Shown here: positions 60,278-64,000 of the stretch, piece after piece
How the letters are laid out: every line of letters starts with the position of its first letter
Position numbering within the stretch: position 1 is the first letter of the stretch
Source of the DNA: a virus
Virus record (IMG/VR): IMGVR_UViG_3300020172_000530
Coordinates: 12,690 to 76,689 of that record
Direction: 5' to 3' (one strand)
Length of the DNA: 64,000 nucleotides
Position numbers and translations under genes: made by a program
Notes under the pieces: generated by a model
What the model saw: the letters and a program-made list of their open reading frames with translations, nothing else
Databases searched by the model: none
What the model was told of the DNA's origin: nothing

Positions 60278-61054
60278 CCGCAATAGAGTATTTTTCTTTA
60301 CTGCGGCACTTAATGTATTTAGGTTTATGCCACGGTCTTCGGCATATTTTAATAGTGCTTCTGTGTCTTTAGGGAAACAAGCACCACCGAATCCATACTG
60401 TCCGTCTGGTCCCGGAACTTGTGTATGACTATCGCCTATACGTCGATCCATCTTTATTAGATAGGCAAGATATTTCCAATCATAATTGTGAGTTTGAGCA
60501 AGTTGCTCTAGCTCATTCATAAAAACAATTTTAGTAGCAAGGAAACTATTAACGGCATATTTTACAAATGCTGCTTGACCTATATCACAGTATTCTATTT
60601 TTGTAATACTAGGTTGTATTTCTTTTAAAATGCGTACTGCTTCACGTTGATATGCTGCTACAGATCCTCCTACTATGACCCATCCTGTTGAACCAAAGTC
60701 TGCTATACTGGATTCTGCTCTTAAAAATTCAGGAACATAAATTAGATTAGGTAATTTATGACCCCAATATTCATAAAAGTTCGGCGGAGCAGTTACTTTA
60801 CTAATAATTGTTCCTGTATATCCTTTTAATTTATTGAATACATCTTCTATGATACTAACATCGCAGTAACCATCTATTCCTTGAGGACTTGGGACGCATA
60901 CAAAAATATTAGTACACGATTTAATATCATCATATGTATTTTTAAAACCTTTAGCAGGATCTAAAATAACAGACTGGAATGGTGGTATTAAATTTTGTGT
61001 TATGGCTTCACCAACGAATCCGTGACCGATTATACCAATTTTTTCGTAGTTCAT
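60260..61054 (-). CDS. UDP-glucose/GDP-mannose dehydrogenase family, lacking the C-terminal domain
   Basis: IGIIGHGFVG, FVCVPSP, PEFLR, KYAVNSFLATKI.F.NE and GFGGACFPKD (catalytic Cys). Confidence 0.85.
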   Translation of the reverse strand: MNYEKIGIIGHGFVGEAITQNLIPPFQSVILDPAKGFKNTYDDIKSCTNIFVCVPSPQGIDGYCDVSIIEDVFNKLKGYTGTIISKVTAPPNFYEYWGHKLPNLIYVPEFLRAESSIADFGSTGWVIVGGSVAAYQREAVRILKEIQPSITKIEYCDIGQAAFVKYAVNSFLATKIVFMNELEQLAQTHNYDWKYLAYLIKMDRRIGDSHTQVPGPDGQYGFGGACFPKDTEALLKYAEDRGINLNTLSAAVKKNTLLRLTKPK

Positions 61055-61293
61055 TTAACTATATACTCACTCAATAGTATTTCACACAAGACACAGTCTT
61101 TCTCGGATTTAAATCGAAATAACATACAATACATGGATGTAGAATATGTATATCTTTCTCCTGGTAAACCAAATACTTCTATTACCATGGCACATATTTC
61201 ATTCCATGGCATGTTAGTTTGATTCCATTCTACCCAGACGTTATGTCGATCGTTTGTAGTTTCCTCTTTCGGGTATGACGTGTCGTACTCCAC
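61051..61293 (-). CDS. Hypothetical protein
   Basis: 80-aa ORF; start uncertain; its stop overlaps the next ATG. Confidence 0.5.
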   Translation of the reverse strand: MEYDTSYPKEETTNDRHNVWVEWNQTNMPWNEICAMVIEVFGLPGERYTYSTSMYCMLFRFKSEKDCVLCEILLSEYIVK

Positions 61294-61618
61294 CTCTTGG
61301 ATCCTCCATATCTCCTGTGCGTCGGGGTATCATATGTACATGTGGGTACATTACTGTTTGACCCGCTGCTTCTCCAACATTTTGGCCGATGTTAAAAGCA
61401 TCCCACCTTTTAGTTTCAACACCTTCGTGTCCAAATTTATAGGCTGCTTTGTAGCACTCCCAGAGATGGTCCCAGTTTTCTTCGGTAGGCACAAATAACA
61501 AATGCCCTGGGGTAACTGCGTAAGCGTCTCTGAAGACCCAGAAGTCTTTAGTTCTGTATTCAATTTCTGACCAAGGTGCTCTTTTTTCATTTAAGGCCTT
61601 TTCTAAAGTAGTAATCAT
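61241..61618 (-). CDS. HIT family nucleotide hydrolase
   Basis: D.Y.VTPGHLLFVP and N.G.AAGQTV..PHVHMIPR; ATG at 61618 in an ATGA overlap. Confidence 0.9.
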   Translation of the reverse strand: MITTLEKALNEKRAPWSEIEYRTKDFWVFRDAYAVTPGHLLFVPTEENWDHLWECYKAAYKFGHEGVETKRWDAFNIGQNVGEAAGQTVMYPHVHMIPRRTGDMEDPRGGVRHVIPERGNYKRST

Positions 61619-62187
61619 TTCCAAAATTCTTCCCAAGGAAAAACAATCCAGCAATCTTCTTCGGCTTTGTTTACTTCGTAATATGAATAATCGGTAGTTT
61701 CTTTACTAGATAGATTGTCTACAATAACAGCAAATTTTACATTATTGTGCCATACATCGTTCCAGCCTTGGCTATTAGGCAAACATCCAGCAGGCCAATC
61801 GTTTTTAATCCATGCAAGTGTAGCACCTGTGTCGTTAATGTCGTCTACAATAAGAATATTTTTTCTTACGAACAGATCAAATGGGTCACGTGGTACAGAC
61901 ACTCCGCTTGTTTCAGAATGAGCAGGATCTTGATCTTCTTCTTTAACATAACCGAATGCATGTTCAGCCATCCATAGATTGCTTTCACATTCGCCACTAT
62001 CTCTTAAACTTACTTTAAGAGTCTCACAAGGCACTTCTAAAAATTGACTTAACATTACTGCAGGGATTAGACCGCCTCTGGTAAGTCCTACAATATAATC
62101 TGGCCGCCAATTATCTTTCTGTAACTGACGAGCAATGTCAATTACGGCTCCGTGTATGTCTTTCCATTGATAGTAAATCTTTTTCAT
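61615..62187 (-). CDS. Type I phosphoribosyltransferase (Gpt-like)
   Basis: IVGLTRGGLIPA, PRPP loop ILIVDDINDTGATL and WIVFPWE. Confidence 0.88.
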   Translation of the reverse strand: MKKIYYQWKDIHGAVIDIARQLQKDNWRPDYIVGLTRGGLIPAVMLSQFLEVPCETLKVSLRDSGECESNLWMAEHAFGYVKEEDQDPAHSETSGVSVPRDPFDLFVRKNILIVDDINDTGATLAWIKNDWPAGCLPNSQGWNDVWHNNVKFAVIVDNLSSKETTDYSYYEVNKAEEDCWIVFPWEEFWK

Positions 62188-62387
62188 ACTGTTAAGTTTT
62201 CTTGAAAATGTTTAATTTCGTCTAAGGTAAGCATGAATTGATAAGTGCTAGTATTTAATAACTCACCTTTGTCGTTGTATTCTTCGTTGACAATTTCTAC
62301 ATTTTTTAAATGTTCTGGACGTTGACAATCACTGATTGTAACGTATCTTTTAAAACAACTAGAGTTTCTGAGATAAAATTTTTTCAT
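62184..62387 (-). CDS. Hypothetical protein
   Basis: ATG at 62387 in an ATGA overlap. Confidence 0.5.
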   Translation of the reverse strand: MKKFYLRNSSCFKRYVTISDCQRPEHLKNVEIVNEEYNDKGELLNTSTYQFMLTLDEIKHFQENLTV

Positions 62388-62752
62388 TTTGATTCCTTTA
62401 AAGTTTCCCAAGTTTTGTATTCTGATAACGCTTTGTTGTATTCGTTGTAAAGTTTCTTAAGCTTTGAATACTTCTCCTCCATTATAACATCTCTTGTAGG
62501 AATGTTCAACATAGTTTCTATTCGTTTCAATCTTTCGTGTAGGTCTTCACCATTCCATTCTATTCTACCGGTAATTTTCACACTAGGATCTTCGCTATTT
62601 GGAATTTCCAAAACAGCTTTACCTTTGGCGTTATTGAATTGAGTAGTTGTACTTGTACTTGTAGTAAACGAACCTGTTCCACCGCTTCCACCGTTGCCAG
62701 TAGACACATATATTTGACCAGTAGTTGTGGCAGGTATTGTAAAAGTTGTCAT
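62384..62752 (-). CDS. Hypothetical protein with Thr/Gly-rich N-terminus and helical C-terminus
   Basis: ATG at 62752 lies just after the upstream stop; the longer track ORF overlaps a neighbour. Confidence 0.55.
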   Translation of the reverse strand: MTTFTIPATTTGQIYVSTGNGGSGGTGSFTTSTSTTTQFNNAKGKAVLEIPNSEDPSVKITGRIEWNGEDLHERLKRIETMLNIPTRDVIMEEKYSKLKKLYNEYNKALSEYKTWETLKESK

Positions 62753-62753
62753 A

Positions 62754-63152
62754 CTACTTGTGACCTTTACGTTCTCTTTCTTTTCCGTCGTAATCTTCTT
62801 TGACCATTTTATAAACTTCCTTAAACTTACGATATGCGATTTCCAATCCAGGGTAATCTTTACACATTTTTTGAACACGGTCGTAGTCGGGAAATCTGCC
62901 ATCAAAATCTTCCTTAACCCAATAATTATTGGAACCAGTAAAACTTCCTATATCAATTGTTTCTATATTTCCAATAGTGATACTTCCTGATCCATAAGGT
63001 GTTCCAGTAAGAGTAATTATATCCGCACTAGTCAATGCTGGAATACTAGTAGGAGTTAAATTAGCCCATGTATCACTACTTAAAGTAAATGTTTCAAGCT
63101 CTAATTTATCTAATGGTATTGTAAAGTTTTGTTCCTGCGAAGAATTGTTCAC
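62754..63152 (-). CDS. Hypothetical protein with Thr/Ser-rich N-terminus and helical C-terminus
   Basis: C-terminal MCKDYPGLEIAYRKFKEVY module. Confidence 0.55.
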   Translation of the reverse strand: MNNSSQEQNFTIPLDKLELETFTLSSDTWANLTPTSIPALTSADIITLTGTPYGSGSITIGNIETIDIGSFTGSNNYWVKEDFDGRFPDYDRVQKMCKDYPGLEIAYRKFKEVYKMVKEDYDGKERERKGHK

Positions 63153-64000
63153 GTAGTGCCTCCGTTTGTTTATGCAACATAGGAAGCCTTGTTTGGTAAT
63201 TATCCATGTGCTGCATGATAGTCATACATAATTCTTTTCTATGGGCAATATATAAATCCCAATTTTCTGTCCACTCGCTAGGATATTTGAAAGTGTCAAA
63301 GTACATTTCTGTGTAACTAAGTCTATCAGGTACCACGGGAATTGCTCCTAATATAGCACCTTCATAGCAACTAATACCTAATGTTTCTTGTAAGTTGGCA
63401 CTAAACACAAGTTTAGCCTCGCCTAACAAATTATGATATTCGTTTTTAGTTAATTGCTGATCCTGACAAACAACAAATTCATATTGTGGCAATTGCTCTT
63501 TTAAATCTCTAAAGATGTTAACTTGTTTTTCTGGAGCAATACGATGAGGGAATAAGATAAGATCACGTTTAGTCATGCCTTTATATGGAGTTAATACATC
63601 ATCCATATATTCCATGGGCCAGCCGGTTCTTACAATACTAGGAATTTTTCCATTTACAGCATCTTCTACGTCTTCGTCAAGCCAAGGGTTTTCTGTTAGA
63701 CCATCGTTCAACAAATTACGCACAACCATTTCAATATGAAAGCCTGTGGCAAAATAATTATAATTAAAACATCCGAAGAAACTTTTCTCCGCATGGCGTA
63801 CCCAACCCGCATTACCAATTAATCTACCTAAAAAATCTTGAGGATCATAACTGCCGGCATGCCACAAGCCGTGTGTAGTTACTGGAATTCCCAGTAACTC
63901 ACTCATATATTTAAGATTGATGATACCAGGGTGCCAAGCATCAGTAAATATAAAATGATCACCTGCATGAACGGCTCCGTCGCAAAAAAGCCGACCCATC
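63106..64000 (-). CDS. GT-B (GT4-like) glycosyltransferase (5'-partial)
   Basis: ILFPHRIAPEKQ and QETLGISCYEG (Ex7E) ...PDRLSY.E. It runs to the window edge, so the Met at 63999 is probably internal. Confidence 0.75.
   Translation of the reverse strand, partial: MGRLFCDGAVHAGDHFIFTDAWHPGIINLKYMSELLGIPVTTHGLWHAGSYDPQDFLGRLIGNAGWVRHAEKSFFGCFNYNYFATGFHIEMVVRNLLNDGLTENPWLDEDVEDAVNGKIPSIVRTGWPMEYMDDVLTPYKGMTKRDLILFPHRIAPEKQVNIFRDLKEQLPQYEFVVCQDQQLTKNEYHNLLGEAKLVFSANLQETLGISCYEGAILGAIPVVPDRLSYTEMYFDTFKYPSEWTENWDLYIAHRKELCMTIMQHMDNYQTRLPMLHKQTEALREQFFAGTKLYNTIR

Noticed and set aside
1-64000. Stop-codon reassignment as seen in some large phages
   Set aside because: Standard-code ORFs tile nearly the whole window, including a 15.5-kb ORF, and TAA, TGA and TAG all close genes at sensible junctions.
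1-64000. tRNA, rRNA, CRISPR array, integrase/transposase or diversity-generating retroelement
   Set aside because: Intergenic gaps are at most ~110 nt and none looks like a cloverleaf or repeat-spacer array. No reverse transcriptase, recombinase or TR/VR pair was noticed by eye; tRNAscan and a self-dotplot would confirm.

Overview
AT-rich, gene-dense window from a large T4-like (myovirus-type) phage genome read in the standard genetic code. It has two convergent blocks. The + strand (1-47010) starts with a virion module: a gp6-like baseplate wedge, a 5169-aa giant structural protein, four tail fibre/spike proteins and a paralogous Ser/Thr-rich pair with Pro-rich loops. It runs directly into a ~20-kb modification locus: 4 GT-A-type glycosyltransferases, a methyltransferase, NINE radical SAM enzymes with extra Cys clusters, a QueC-like PP-loop ATPase and an SDR. 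The locus is closed from the opposite strand by a 2OG-Fe(II) oxygenase, a short DegT-type aminotransferase and a GT-like protein. The - strand (47002-64000) also carries thyX, a MoxR-type AAA ATPase plus HExxH/VWA pair, a T4 RNase H-like exonuclease and a 7-deazaguanine/nucleotide cluster (queE, folE, truncated UDP-glucose dehydrogenase, HIT, phosphoribosyltransferase, GT-B glycosyltransferase). Three near-perfect sigma70 promoters and several T4-late-like ATAAATA boxes are visible. The best candidate novel system is a phage-encoded virion (or host-surface) glycosylation and radical-chemistry tailoring pathway attached to the tail genes. All product calls come from reading motifs by eye; no searches were run.
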